Source of the DNA: Octopus sinensis
Taxonomy: Eukaryota
Assembly (NCBI RefSeq): GCF_006345805.1
Contig: NC_043008.1
Coordinates: 70,494,001 to 70,558,000, forward strand
DNA length: 64,000 bases
Reading direction: 5' to 3'
The stretch's first letter is position 1; every line of letters begins with the position of its first letter. The notes below the pieces were generated by a model. The model did not search any database. It was not told the DNA's origin and saw nothing but the letters and a program-made list of their open reading frames with translations. The translations under genes and the position numbers were made by a program. Shown piece by piece: positions 38,551 to 51,881 of the stretch.

Positions 38551-38889
38551 GGTGCAGGAGTGGCACTGTGGTAAGTAGCTTGCTTACCAACCATATGGTT
38601 CTACTATAGCCTCGGTCCGACCAAAGCCTTGTGAGCGGATTTGGTAGACAGAAACTGAAAGAAGCCTGTCGTATATATGTATATATGTGTGTGTGTTTGT
38701 ACGTCTGTGTTTGTCCGCCCAACATCGCTTGACAACCGATGCTGGTGTGTTTACGTCCCCGTAACTTAGCGGTTCGACAAAAGTGACCGATAGTACCAGG
38801 CTTACAAAGAATAAGTCCTGGGGTCGACTTGCTCGACTAAAGGCGGTGCTCCAGCATAGCCGCAGTTAAATGACAGAAACAAGTAAAAG
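38551..38889 (+). mobile_element. SINE family A with a deletion in the head
   Basis: ggtgcaggagtggcactgtggtaagtagc...gcagttaaatgacagaaacaagtaaaag. Confidence 0.9.
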
Positions 38890-39100
38890 TAAAAAACAAC
38901 AAAAAACAAAAAAATCAAAAACAAAAGAAAAAAAACAAAACAATTACAAACTGAAAAGGGAGCTTTACAAAATTATCTGAATTAGCATAGGATAATGGTT
39001 TCATATTTTTTTATAATTCAGATCCAAAACTGTTGATATATGAATGCGAAAGAGATTGTTGACCTGCTTTGGGTCACCCTGTATATGTATGTGTGCGTGC

Positions 39101-39133
<33 letters not shown>

Positions 39134-39134
39134 T

Positions 39135-39170
<36 letters not shown>

Positions 39171-39335
39171 GCATGTATCTATGTATGCATTTATGTATGA
39201 ATATGTGCATTGAAAAAAGCCTTGCGAATCCGTATTTCTTACTAACGTCGTAAAACTTATGGGAGATAACTCGTTAATACTGTTCAAAAGTTATCTCGCT
39301 TTATTGAATTTTGCGTTATAGTTTAACTGTAGATT

Positions 39336-39369
<34 letters not shown>

Positions 39370-39522
39370 TCTTCGTGTCTGCGCGCCTATTCGCGCGCCC
39401 GTGTGTGTGTGTGTATCGCTTTTTGCTTATTCCTCCTCTCATGATGGCTTACATCCGTTTGTGGCTGCTGAGGACTGAAAAATTAGATGTCACTTGTGTG
39501 GTGAGCATTCTGCACACACACG

Positions 39523-39591
<69 letters not shown>

Positions 39592-39599
39592 GAAATTAT

Positions 39600-42540
39600 C
39601 AGACTCCAAAGCAACAGCAATAAAAGAGATCGAAAGAACCACCACACTATCACCAATGATAACTAAAAGAAAGCCTCCAAACAACAACAACAAAGCAGAA
39701 AGACAATGAACCTCGAGACATGCCCATTCCGGATCGGAACCACTCGGACATGTCGCGTGGGGAAGGTGACGGCGAAGATTAGCAACAAGTAACGAACAAA
39801 AAAGAAAAAAAGAAGAGAAAAACACAGCAACAAAAAAGCAGGGAGGTTCGAACGGAAAAAATCCCCCGCTAACACCAACACTACCAACACGATCATCACC
39901 CTCACCAACCGTCACATCTACCCTCGTTATAAACACAAGCGGCAGAGCAAACCCCATCAAGCTAACAAACCAAAAACAACAACAGCAAAGAAATGTCACA
40001 AACTTCAAAGCTACATGCACAAACCACAAAGCCCTAATGGAAGGCATACGCAACCACTCAAACATCACTCAGAGAGATTTCATCGCACCATCAAACAACA
40101 CATTAACACTCATAAAAATCATACAAACACAAAACAGTTACAACGCCATAGGATAAAATACACCGATGGAGTCAGAGATTTCAGAAAGAACATCACCAAA
40201 AGACCATAAAGAATTGATTAGGGAGAGAACGGCATCTAACCAGAGAGACATAACATATGTACTCCCCAAAATTACTCACCACAAAATTAATGCAAGCAGT
40301 TCATCGTTTCCTTCTTTTTCACTGTCTAAAATATCCTAAATCAAAGTAGGTAGTATAAATGCACGTGGTCCAGGGTCGCCTTGGAAGTAGGGCCACATAC
40401 TAACCAACCTCAGGTAACTAGATATAGATGTTGGCTATCAGAAAGGACAGAGTTTTCAATATACAAGCTTTCATGCCCAGTTTCAGTGGATACGTGATTT
40501 ACTCAATGGGAATGGGAGGTAGGGCTGCGATATCATTTTGAAAAGGTCTGGGACTCAAGATATAGGTCATCTTCTTGGAACCAGAAGATAAGTTAGTGGT
40601 CCTGGATGTGATAGCAGCGAAGGAGGTGCTTTCAGACTATGTGTTTTCTTTAGTTCTAGTGAGTGAGTGGAACACCATCTTGGGTGCGCTCTTGGAGTGT
40701 ATGGGACTAAGAGAGAGAGAAAGTACAAAAACCTCTGAAACCTATTCAGACGTTTCCAGTTGTGTGAGAGGCACCGACTAGATTTCTAAAATGTGCCAGT
40801 TTGGACATGGACGAACCGTAGGATCGTATCTAGATAGAATATGCTGCAGATAAGAAGATGAAGATAGCATAAATTGTCCATGTTTTAAGAGCAGAAATTT
40901 GTTTGGTTGACCTAAATAGGATTTGTAAGCAGGAACCCAAATACTGTGTCGATCCCGAAGCAGCGAATTAGTTAAGCAGGTGTTGACAGGTTCATTTGTC
41001 AACAACAAACGGTGGTTTGCTCTCCGCCACAAAATGGTGATTAGAAGAAAATGTGTTAGGTTTAAACGTAACACGTTTAGCGATAGAAAGAAAAAGAAAT
41101 AGAGGGCGACTTAGAAACTTATAAGAGGAGGTTAGGAAAGACATTGCAATCAATAGACTCGCAGTGATATTGGCCCTTGACTAATTCTCCATCTAAGCAG
41201 ATCTGTTCACAATAATGCTATCTCTTGCGATACATAATAGGGAGAGAGTAGGTAAAGACAGATATTTTGATTAATTTGGATCAATCAAAAGCTTTTGATA
41301 GAGCCGATCAACAATATTTTGAGTCTGTTCTCAGGGCGTTCGGTTTCGGTCTCTTCTTCTGCGCCTGCATAGCCGCAGAGTACAGTAATACCTGCTCGGG
41401 CGTTCGAATGAATGGTTACAAATCGGAGTAAATCAGAATCATGCGCTCGTCCAGTCAAGAGTGTCACCATTCGGCACTTCGGTTTGTACTGACTCTTGAG
41501 TCACTACTACAGAAAGTGGAGATGTTGCGGGGCATCCCACCTGGACTAGGACGAAGAAGAAATGTGACGGCATACGCAGAAGACGTCAGGGTAATAATGT
41601 TGAACACAAGGTACATAGGCCTGGCTGCTAAGGAATATGATGCGATGACAAGAGCAAAACTCACCCAAGAGAAGCCAGTGGACCTACAGTTTGGCGCTTA
41701 GTAAAGCAGGACTATGCCGTCCAATAGCTTCATAGGATTCTGATGGAGGGAGTGATTTAATTAGTTGGGGTTTGGTTTGTTCCAGATATCCAAGTGGAAA
41801 AGAAACGGGACATGGTGACGGGTAGGTTGGTCAATCTCACCCGGAAATGGGCCGAGAGAATGCTCTCTCTGAAAGGTCGGGCAAAGGTGGCGAACAACAC
41901 ACATCACCTCCATTATATATTACCACCTGACTGTAGTGCGTGCTTTGCTCCAGTTTGTGTCTGACCGGAACAAAGCACCCACTTTTCCGCTTTCTGTGAA
42001 AAGGATGTGTTCCACAGGTCAGGTGTTCCATTTGTTGTTAACATTCGCTGAGTAGAGTACCTGGCATGTCATGGCTGATGTTGCACAATTCCCTTGATTG
42101 TGAGCAGTTGTAGCTACTGTTTTTCAGATTCGCTTTTCCACAGCCCGTCTCTTTGTCTAAGCTGCAGGCCTTGATTAGGTGTAGACCGAGGCTGGGGGAT
42201 TGGAATCCAAAGTGTCGTCAAGTGCTCACAGTTCTTTACCTGTCGGACAATCCGGTTCGGTGGAAGTTCTAAATAGGTTTAGTGGCGGACAGGAATGGTG
42301 ATGTTCTCATGGAGATTCTGGGTGTCAACGCCAATCGGACCGGGGTCTGCGGCTAATTTCCGCAGATCTCTGACTAGGCAGTGTTGTCGGGTGGGAGGGC
42401 ATTGTTTATTCGAGATAAACTCTACAAGCATAGAAGTGCCGTCAGCCGGGCCTGTCCGAGGTGTGCACAGAGCATGCCCCAGCATTGTACGTTTGTGTGC
42501 GGCTGTTGGAGTTTTTGAGGTGAGTCAAAATATATTATGA
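39600..42540 (+). mobile_element. Old, decayed Tx1-group LINE (ORF1 tail, APE endonuclease, partial RT, C-terminus)
   Basis: APE traces (NARG, SYLDRI); 41430-42500 colinear with 50370-51520 (VTAYAEDVRVI vs VSAYADDVTVI). Confidence 0.8.
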
Positions 42541-43009
42541 CGTATAAAAACTGACAGATATTTAATGCACTATACCAGTACTTATACATTCAATGCTGGT
42601 GAAGTGCTGTCCAAACACATACCTCTGTTTTTAAACAATTTTGATGCTATTTTTTATACTTCAAAACTGACGGTTTGGCGTTACAGTTTCAGTGTCTTAT
42701 TCGGTGTGTCATGAATAAAAAAGATTTAAATCGTTGCTGTAGAGGTTTTACCTTCGATGTGTTGTTTTTAATCCGCGCTGCGATCAAGCTGCACACTTAA
42801 AATTACTGACCTTAAAACAGAACCGATTATTATGACTAGTACTATTAAAGGCAATAAATTGATCGAGTCCGTTGAAGGGTCGGAAAAAATGATCTCCTCT
42901 TAAAATTGCTTACCTTGTGCTTAAATTAGAAGAATTATTATAAACGTGATGGAGTAGTAGAGATCATTATGGTGTTGGAAAAAAATACCTTGCAATATTA
43001 GTTTATTTA

Positions 43010-43125
43010 CAAATCTAGCTGACCCCTTCCAGGTTGATAAAATAAAGTACCGTTCACATCCTGGATCGGTGATATCGACGAATCTTCCTACCTCAAAAAT
43101 GCCAGCCTTGTGCCTAAATAACAAA
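43010..43125 (+). mobile_element. SINE family D 3' fragment
   Basis: gttgataaaataaagtacc...gccagccttgtgccta. Confidence 0.6.
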
Positions 43126-43266
43126 TGATCATAAAGACGCTGGAGTAGCTGAACTGTTAAAGCGCTGGAAAAATATTTTGAGGTGTTCCCGATATTTACG
43201 TTTCACATTCATATGCAGCCAAAATCAGCTTTGCCTGTCATCTGTCAGAGTTGATAAAATTTAATA

Positions 43267-43407
43267 TTAGGTTGTCCCAAAAGTTCGTAAACACTTGCGA
43301 AAATTGAATTTTTACTCGCCAAGTACTAACAAAAACAACAAAAATTATTCCTCAAAATAAAGACCATTATTTTCCAAGACTTTCTACGAACTTTTGGGAC
43401 AACCTTA
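43267..43407. mobile_element. Mariner-type MITE, 141 bp, TA-flanked
   Basis: Perfect 21-bp inverted repeat aggttgtcccaaaagttcgta (43269-43289 / 43385-43405). Confidence 0.9.
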
Positions 43408-44410
43408 TACTGCAAGAACGATGGGTTCGATGATATCGACTAACCTTGCCCTAAGTTCAGAGCTTGTGTCTACATTAAGAAAAATTATGATGAACATCAG
43501 AGACGGTAGAGAGTAGGAGAAAAAAACTCCAGAACACTATTCCATTTTCTCTTTTACGTTCCTAATTGAAATCCTACCGCAGATCGATCAACAAGGACAT
43601 TATGTCTGTGGTATCAGTATAATCAATAACTAGTGGGACTTGTGGAAATCTCACAGAACAAAAAAGATTAAGAGAAGCTATTTAAGAAAGAAAGCATGAT
43701 TTGCATTTTTATATTTATTTTGCTAAGTCACTTCCAGTCACAATGATATATTTTACGATTCAAAAATGTTCCTCTACGAAACGCACTTTATATTTCTCTC
43801 TTTCTCTCTACCTCTTCAACATGTAATTCCCTCTTTTAACCATGTAATTCTCGTCTTCGTGTCTTTGACATTTCTCTCTTTCTCTTCACTTCTCACTTTC
43901 ACTAACTCTCTCTCTATCTCTTTCTTAATGTAACTACCTCCTCCACCCATCTCTCTTTATCTGCCTTTCTTTAATATCATCTCCAGAACATTACTCCCTG
44001 CTAAATATTGTATCCTAAACACATCTTTTTCTCTTTACGCTCCCGACCCTACAGCACGTCCTTAACACTTCTCTCTCTCTCTTTCTCTCTCTCTCGTTTC
44101 AGTCATTGCCTTTTTCTTTCGCTCTTCACCTCTCCCTTCAAATAACCACGTGACACATTTGGCCTTATTATACCTCTTTCTCTACTTCTCCCTCATTTCT
44201 TTCTTCTCTACTCACGCTCTACCCTTCACTCTCACACTTTTACTCCACTTCTCTGTCAGTCAAGCTCCACATTTCTAATTATAACGGGCGAACGAACGAG
44301 TAGATTATTATACAGGTAGTAATATATATAAATATATATATATCCCTTTCCAAAATAACTCCCTATACAATGAACTCTACTAATTCCTTCTATTGAAGCT
44401 TTCTTAACGC

Positions 44411-44458
44411 GTTTCTGATGATGGGATACTATTTATTTCCTTGAAACAGCTGTAGGAT
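44411..44458 (+). ncRNA. Type I hammerhead motif, intact core, palindromic stem III
   Basis: CTGATGA-t-ggga-tactatttatt-tcct-t-GAAAC-agct-GTA; ACAGCTGT palindrome; weak stem I. Confidence 0.6.
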
Positions 44459-44555
44459 CACTTTCTCTTTATAAATGTTCTAAAAATATCACATTGCCTT
44501 GGCCTTATCGTATTTTATTTAACACACACACACAAACACACACACAAACACACAC

Positions 44556-44599
<44 letters not shown>

Positions 44600-44613
44600 G
44601 TATGTATGTATGC

Positions 44614-44649
<36 letters not shown>

Positions 44650-44951
44650 ATAGTTAACTTTTGCGTTAAGGTAAGATCAAAAATTATTAAAACAATTATA
44701 AAAAAAATCGAACTTTATCTAATGAGAAGTAAATATTATTCAATGTGCACAATATACAGTTACGAGTTACTAATAATTTCATACATTGGAGATATTATCT
44801 AAGCAGGTTGTAATAACACGCATTGTGTCTCCAAGCAACTTCGGGCTGGGAGAGAAAAGTTGTGTTATCAGAACTTGCCTAGACTACATCTCCAATGCAT
44901 TAAACTAGCTCTTAGCTCTATACTGTGTACATTAAATAGTATATTTATCGT

Positions 44952-45239
44952 TTACTTGTTTCAGTCATTAGACTGCGTACCTGCTGGGGCACCACCTTGA
45001 GGAATTTTTTAGTCGAACGAATCGATTCCACTACATGTCTTTTTTTAAAGCCTGATATTCTATCCGTCTCTTGTACCGAACAGGGTTAGAAGCATGTAAA
45101 CACACCAACTCCGGTCGTCGAGCAGAGGTGGGGAACAAAACAGACAGACAGACAGACAGACAGGCAGGCAGACAGACAGACAGACAGACAGAAAGACAGA
45201 CAGACAGAAAGACAGACACCGACACAGACAGACACACAC

Positions 45240-45329
<90 letters not shown>

Positions 45330-45482
45330 CGGGCTTCTCTCAGTTTCCGTTTACGAAATCGACTCACAATACTTTGATTGTCCCGAGGCTATCGCAGAAG
45401 ACACTGGCCCATAGTGCCGTGCAGAGGTACTGTACCCGGAACCCTGTTGCTGGAAAGCAAGCCTCTTACCCTACAGCCACGC
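44952..45482 (-). mobile_element. SINE family A, internal (GACA)n(CA)n
   Basis: Both halves present around the 45140-45327 microsatellite. Confidence 0.88.
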
Positions 45483-45569
45483 TGTAAGTATATATAAACA
45501 TATATGCATGTGTGTGCGTGTGTATGTGTGCGTGTGTGTGCATGCGTGCGTGTGCGTGCATGTGTGTGT

Positions 45570-45760
45570 GTGTTTATATGTGTGCTTGTCCCCCAAGTTA
45601 GTTTCACACTCAGTATTGGTTTGTTTACGTCTACGTAATCTAGCGGGTCGGCAAAATATTGGCTGATAGAATTAGTACCAGCTTTAACAAATAAGTATTG
45701 GGGTTGATTTACTCGACTAAACCCTTCACGTGTGCGACACAGCATGACTGAAACACGCGA
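45570..45760 (+). mobile_element. SINE family A 3' half
   Basis: tttacgtctacgtaatctagcgggtcggcaaaa...cagcatgactgaaac. Confidence 0.7.
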
Positions 45761-46204
45761 GAGATAAATGATAAACACAAATAATCTGGCAAACGAAACG
45801 TCAATAAAACGATCAAGAGTTGTCTCCCTTACAACGTTAGTTTCTAGAGTTACTCCCCTTGAAAAATTTATTTCCAAAGTTATTCTTCGTATATAAATGT
45901 AGCAATTATTTTGTCTGTTCATGGTAGAATCAGTAGGAAAACCACCCCTGACGCTTTATTGTTATATCCTCCGTGTTCAAATCCCGTCAGAGTTGATGAA
46001 ATTAATTCTGTTCAAGTATTAGCGTCGAATTTGGTTTGTTTACGTCTATAGCCTTGTTAAGCAATTACAAGCAGTAACAAGAGTGTGTCGGTGTCTTATT
46101 TATTTTTGCTTCATTCACCTACAGACTGTGAAAGTGAATACGATCGACTAATCAACGTCTCGGTCTCCTTTCCTACCTAATATATATATGTATATATATA
46201 TATA

Positions 46205-46392
46205 TTGGCTATTTTTTTCCTCTGTCTTCCCTTTTCTGGATCTTTCCTTCTCCTGTGTTTCCGACGAAGAGCTCCGCTCGAAACGTTAAACCCTCCTTCT
46301 TTCCTTCTTTCCTGAGCGTCCAATAATACTATATTTGTTCCACGTCCTCGCATTGTTGTGTTTTTTGTGCTTTCTTGTTTGGATTAACTTTA
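46205..46392 (+). mobile_element. About 190-bp hammerhead-bearing cassette between (TA)n tracts; hammerhead 46257-46291 has U4-to-C
   Basis: gttt-CCGACGA-a-gagc-tcc-gctc-GAAAC-GTT-aaac; colinear with 58661-58850. Confidence 0.85.
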
Positions 46393-46429
46393 TATATATA
46401 TATATGCATATACATGTGTGTGTGTATGT

Positions 46430-46578
46430 ATGTTTGTGTGTCTGTGTTTGTCCCCTCCGCCAACATCGCTTGACAACCGATGTTGGTGTGTTTACGTCCC
46501 CGTAACCTAGCGGTTCGGCAAAAATTGGATACGAACCCGGAACCATGTGGTTGGGAAGCCCACAGCCAAGCCCACGCC
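46430..46578. mobile_element. SINE A chimera: plus-strand tail half joined to minus-strand head
   Basis: ...cggttcggcaaaa joined to gaacccggaaccatgtggttggg. Confidence 0.7.
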
Positions 46579-46826
46579 TATGTATATGTAATATTAATAA
46601 GTAGCTTGTATGTGTGAGTATACGTATATTAACATATATATATGTATACGTAGGATCGTTTGTAAAATCATAAATCCGAAAGATGTAGAGCAAGTATATA
46701 AAAAATGGGGAAGACCGGTTTATGGGATTACCTTAGGTTTCCCGTCCATAAACTGTTTAGCGTTATGGCGTATCGTAAGATCCCAAAATCTTGCTGGTCC
46801 ATGACCGTATAAAAATATGGAGAGGA

Positions 46827-46871
<45 letters not shown>

Positions 46872-46960
46872 TACACACACACACACACAAAGACACACAC
46901 ACACACACACACAACACACACACACACTCACACACACACTCACAACACACACACACACAC

Positions 46961-46996
<36 letters not shown>

Positions 46997-47038
46997 CACG
47001 CACATACACACACACACACACAGACACACACACACACA

Positions 47039-47763
47039 CGAGGGCATATCAAAAGGTTCCCGGATTTGTTATGTTCAATAAAAAATGACTTATTTATCTA
47101 AGTTTTAACATCATCTCCTTCGAAATATTCACCACGCGTAGCACTACACCGGTTCTAGCATTTCTACCATTTTTGGAATCCAATCTGGAAGTTATTTTTT
47201 CGTAAGCGAGTCGAGGATCTGCGGTTCGCTCTGGATCTCGACAACTGTGTTAAAACGCTGACCTTTGAGCTGCATTGTCATCTTGGAGAATGAATGGAAG
47301 TCGGCAGGGGCTAAATCCGGCGAATAGGGTGTGTGTGGAGGTGATACCATGTTTTTGGTGAGAAGCTCACAGGTGACGAGAGCTCGGGGAAGAATCCACT
47401 TTTTCGAGCTCCACCGATGCGGTTGGCTTCCCCGAATGTTCTCCCTTAAACGCTGCAAAACAACGTAGTAGGACTCTCCATTGACGGTCTGGCCCTGGGG
47501 AATGAATTCTCGATGCGCAATACCACATTCCTAAGTGATGACGCTCATGCCAGATTTTCCAGATCGCTCATCGTCTTCCAGACTATAGCATGCATGTGAT
47601 CGCAAAACCAAAAATTTCACAGCTTGCGAAATAAACACAGCGATGTCACCCGACACACTGCCGCATGAAGGTCACTGCTAGCTCTTTTTGCGTACGCAAC
47701 CGTTTGCTGCAATCTGTTGTCACGCTACAGAGCAAGTCCGGAAACTTTTTGTACCATATCGTA
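47039..47763 (-). mobile_element. Internally deleted mariner (DD34D-like)
   Basis: PHTPYSPDLAPADF..F.KM..QLKGQRFNTVVEIQ; degenerate TIRs at both ends. Confidence 0.8.
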
Positions 47764-47780
47764 TGTGTGTGTGTTATTGC

Positions 47781-48050
47781 TAGAAATAAGAGTCAGAACA
47801 ACTCTTAGCCACGGGAAAGCACTTGTCTAATTATTTTCCCTTTTACCATAGCTTCTGAGTCCTTTGGTAATTTCTATAAACTGATAAAACGAGTTAGTTT
47901 TAATCCTCGGCAACCGGGTCAGAGTCACAGGGGAGGATTAATCAAACTCTATTTGACTCTATTTCTCTTGCTATAGAGAGGTTGCCTCCCCTGTTAGTCA
48001 TTAGACTAGCTATTCTGCGTATCTAAGAGTTGTCCCGACTCTTATTTCTA
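47781..48050. mobile_element. MITE, 270 bp, 28-bp TIRs
   Basis: tagaaataagagtcagaacaactcttag vs reverse complement of ctaagagttgtcccgactcttatttcta (26/28). Confidence 0.8.
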
Positions 48051-48241
48051 TTTCTAGTAAAGCTGATGCTGACTAGCACCCTTAATCACCTTAGTGACGT
48101 CTATACTTGTGCCTTTTGGTTGTTAGCTGCGAAAACCCACGTTGATAATATATATGTATACATAAATGCATGCATACATTTGTAAAATACACACACATAT
48201 ACATAACTGCGTATACATATTCGTATATACATATGTACATT

Positions 48242-48242
<1 letters not shown>

Positions 48243-48296
<54 letters not shown>

Positions 48297-48477
48297 GTCT
48301 ATCTGTCTGTCTGTCTGTCTGTCTGCCTGCCTGCCTGTCTGCCTGCCTGCCTGCCTGTCTGTCTGCCTGCCTGCCTGTCTGTCTGCCTGCCTGCCTGCCT
48401 GCCTGTCTGTCTGTCTGTCTGTATGTCTGTCTGTCTGTCTGTCTGTCCACGTAGTTAGCTAGGTAGTTTATATATAT

Positions 48478-48525
<48 letters not shown>
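48243..48525. repeat. (TATC)n grading to (TGTC)/(TGCC)n, then (TA)n
   Basis: Direct reading. Confidence 0.95.
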
Positions 48526-48526
<1 letters not shown>

Positions 48527-48554
48527 TCAAAATACACGTATACGCATACATTAA

Positions 48555-48750
48555 CAGGTCTCTGTCGACTGGCAGAATCGTTAGATCGTCGGTAATGATA
48601 CTTAGTGATATCTTGTTTCATCTCCGTACCTTCTGAGCTCAAATCACTCTGAGGTTAATCTTCTCTCAGAGTCGATAGAATAAGGTACTTGTTTAAATGT
48701 TAACAATTAACTCACCCTGTTTTAAATTCGATGCCTTGTGCCTTTGCTAG
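48555..48750 (+). mobile_element. SINE family D monomer, degenerate
   Basis: gactggcagaatcgttag head; gccttgtgcctttgctagaaaa tail. Confidence 0.65.
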
Positions 48751-49469
48751 AAAAAGAGCACAAAACAACTTTTAATGCGACATTAATTTTATAACAGTGC
48801 TCTGCATTTGTTTTAATTTGTCCTACTTTTATTCATTGTTAATTAAGCTGTTATAACCTTACATATAACTAAAGAAGGTCATTTTATTTTCGTTTCAGAA
48901 AGCTATTATCACTAAATCTGCCAAGCAACATATTGGAAACGTTTTCATTACTATAATATCTCCTGTGATATCTAGACTATGTAATCGGAGAAGAGAAGAG
49001 CGCCATCTACAGTTTATATCGAGAAGATGTTTTGTCATTGATATAGCTTACCATAGCATCGTAAGCGTTTTAATTGCTGTTAATTTATTTCGAGAGAAAT
49101 TTATGGTCTCCAGGCAATCTATAGTGGAAAAAGTTCTCTTGCAGTCGTTCGTTTTATAAAAGTGACCTAGTTTACCGCAACAGTTGACTAGATTCCGTCA
49201 CTGGGATGCGGCCGTTGTGGGGCACCATCTTCGTGATTCAAAGTCGAACATATTGCACCCAGTACTTGTTTTGCTCTGCTACTGATTTTGTAGATTCTAT
49301 TTGTCGAATTGCTAAGTTACAGGTCATAAAGAAAGAACAATATAAACAGTAATGCCAGTTTTCGTACCGGTCTGAAAATAAACAGAAATACGCAAGCATA
49401 TTTACACACTAACCATACGCTTATCAACATACATATACATATCCATTCATGTATACATACATACATACA

Positions 49470-49470
<1 letters not shown>

Positions 49471-49568
<98 letters not shown>

Positions 49569-49630
49569 ATATCTATCTGTCTATCTACCTGTCTGTCTGT
49601 CTAACTATCTGTCTGTCTATCTATCTATCA

Positions 49631-49694
<64 letters not shown>

Positions 49695-49703
49695 GTCTAT
49701 CTG

Positions 49704-49776
<73 letters not shown>

Positions 49777-49829
49777 ATATCTATCAACCTACCTACCTAC
49801 CTACCTACCTACCTACCTACCTACCTACA

Positions 49830-49928
<99 letters not shown>
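49471..49928. repeat. About 460-bp (TATC)n array with CTGT/CTAC variants
   Basis: Direct reading; abuts the LINE 5' junction. Confidence 0.97.
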
Positions 49929-51881
49929 GTGAGTCGAGGAGCCGTAACGCTGCTGAAGAAAGATCCAAACAAGGGGAACATTATAGATAACTTTAGACCA
50001 ATCACTCTGCTCAATGCAGATCTGAAAATTTTGACAAAGGTGTTAGCCAAGAGGTTGGCGCTTGTCATCGAGAAACTGGTCGACAACGCACAAACGTGCG
50101 CCGTGCCGGGCCGGAGCATCCATGACAACCTCCATCTGATGCATTACATCATAGACAGAGTAGTTAAGGAATCTGGCATGGGTGGGGCCCTGATCAACTT
50201 GGATCAATCGAAAGCCTTCGATAGGGTAGACCATCGATACTTGGAGGCAGTCCTGAGAGCAGCTGGTTTCGGTCCCGTCTTCCGCGGCTGGATAGCTGCC
50301 TTGTATAGAGGCATCCGTTCGGTAATTCGTGTAAATGGACATCTATCGAGACCTTTCGACATTGCACGTTCGGTCCGTCAGGGATGCCCCCTCTCCGCGC
50401 TTCTATACGTATTGACTCTTGTGCCACTACTGCGGAAGCTGGCAACCCTGAGGGGCATCCCGCGAGAATTGGGATGCGGGTCGAGCGTGTCTGCATACGC
50501 GGACGACGTCACCGTCATAGTGTCAAGCCACAAGCACATCGAGCTGGTCGGCGAGACACTGAAAGACTACGAAGCGGTAACAGGAGCAAAAATCAACCGG
50601 GAAAAGTCAGTGGGCTTGCGGCTCGGCACCTGGAGAAGCAAGCCCATGCCGTCCACCAGTACCTCCGTCGTGGGACGCTGAACGGACGGTTCGGTTGAGT
50701 TGCTCGGGGTCTGGTTCGGTCCGGACCTCCAAATGGAGAAGAACTGGAACGAGATAACGAGTAGGGTGGTCACTCTCGCCCAGCAATGGGCCGAGAGGAA
50801 ACTGTCCCTAAAAGGTCGGGCGGAGGTGACGAACACGTACATCGCGTCCATCATCTACTACCGCCTGACCGTCGTACCTTGTCCCGACCCTACCATCACC
50901 AAACTAGAACGCATTCTCTTCCGCTTCTTGTGGAAAGGATGCGTCCCGATGGTCAGGCGATCCATTTGCTGTCAACACCCGTTAAAAGGAGGGCTGGGTA
51001 TGCCATGGTTGATGATGCGCAGACACGCGCTGAGACTGCGACATCTCCGACTCTATGTAGACGACGGTGAACAGGTGTGGTCGCCGTTTGTGAGGCACGC
51101 GTTCCCGCAGCTCGTCTTCATGACCGAACTGCAGTCGTGGATCAAAAAGAGGCCGAGCAAGGGCGAATGGCACCGCGAGTGTCGCGTTGCTCTCAAGCAA
51201 CTCTGCCGTCCCGGGTCAACGTTGAGTGACTTCAACACGACCAAAGCATTCTATAGGGGATTAGTGGAGGGTAGGTACGACGACGAACTTGGGGCAAACC
51301 TGGGCGTCGACGAGGAATACCTGACCCGCCTGTTTGAAACGACTTTCGGGCCGGGACCTATGGACAACTTCCAGAGATCCCTGGCCTGGCGGTGCTACCG
51401 AGAAGCGCTACCCGTTCGGGATAAGCTCTATAGGCATGGCTCAAGAAACACGGGGCCGACCTGCCCGAGATGTGGGCAGAGCGACGAAACCGCTCTGCAC
51501 GCAATCGTGCAGTGTCCAACAATCTCCGACCTGTGGGCTTATGTCGAACGACTGCTGTCACGTGTGGGACGTGTCGGTTTATCAGCCGAGTCTATCGTTA
51601 ATATCGTCACGCCTCCTTCCTTCAAACGGGAAGGAAGAGCTATTTTTATCATACTTGTGGCTATGGCGAAAGAATGTATCTGGTGGACGCGCCTGAAAGG
51701 ATTAGAGACAAACACTTTCCTCTCTGGTCAATTTCTCATCAACTTCTTCAAGTATCACTTGAAGAGGAAAGTGAGAGTAGAGAGGCAGGTTTTGTCTAGT
51801 GAATGTTTTAAAAAAAGATGGGTGAATGTAACAAGGATGGCACGTATGAATGACGAAGCCACCTTGACTATGATTCTATGA
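49929..51881 (+). pseudogene. Tx1 ORF2 C-terminal part (RT plus zf-RVT-like CCHC), 5'-truncated, one in-frame TGA at 50679-50681
   Basis: FRPITLLNADLKIL, LDQSKAFDRVDH, SVRQGCPLS, AYADDV, CPRCGQSDETALHAIVQC; the two track ORFs are in the same frame. Confidence 0.93.

Larger units (their letters stand above)
36903..39084 (-). mobile_element. Tc1/mariner element, decayed, with two nested SINEs
   Basis: TA-CAGGGTG termini at both ends (degenerate TIRs); HTH region SRQTIYRMRNKF..GS....SGRP; WSDEACF, FFQQNEAPPH, WPPRSPDLTPMDFF.WG pieces. Confidence 0.8.

Noticed and set aside
39490-40068. 192-aa hydrophobic minus-strand ORF as a membrane protein
   Set aside because: It is the antisense of an A/C-rich decayed LINE ORF1 tail plus (TG)n.
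50679-50681. UGA as selenocysteine
   Set aside because: The context suggests Trp rather than Cys, and I could not identify a SECIS-like hairpin in the 3'UTR by eye.
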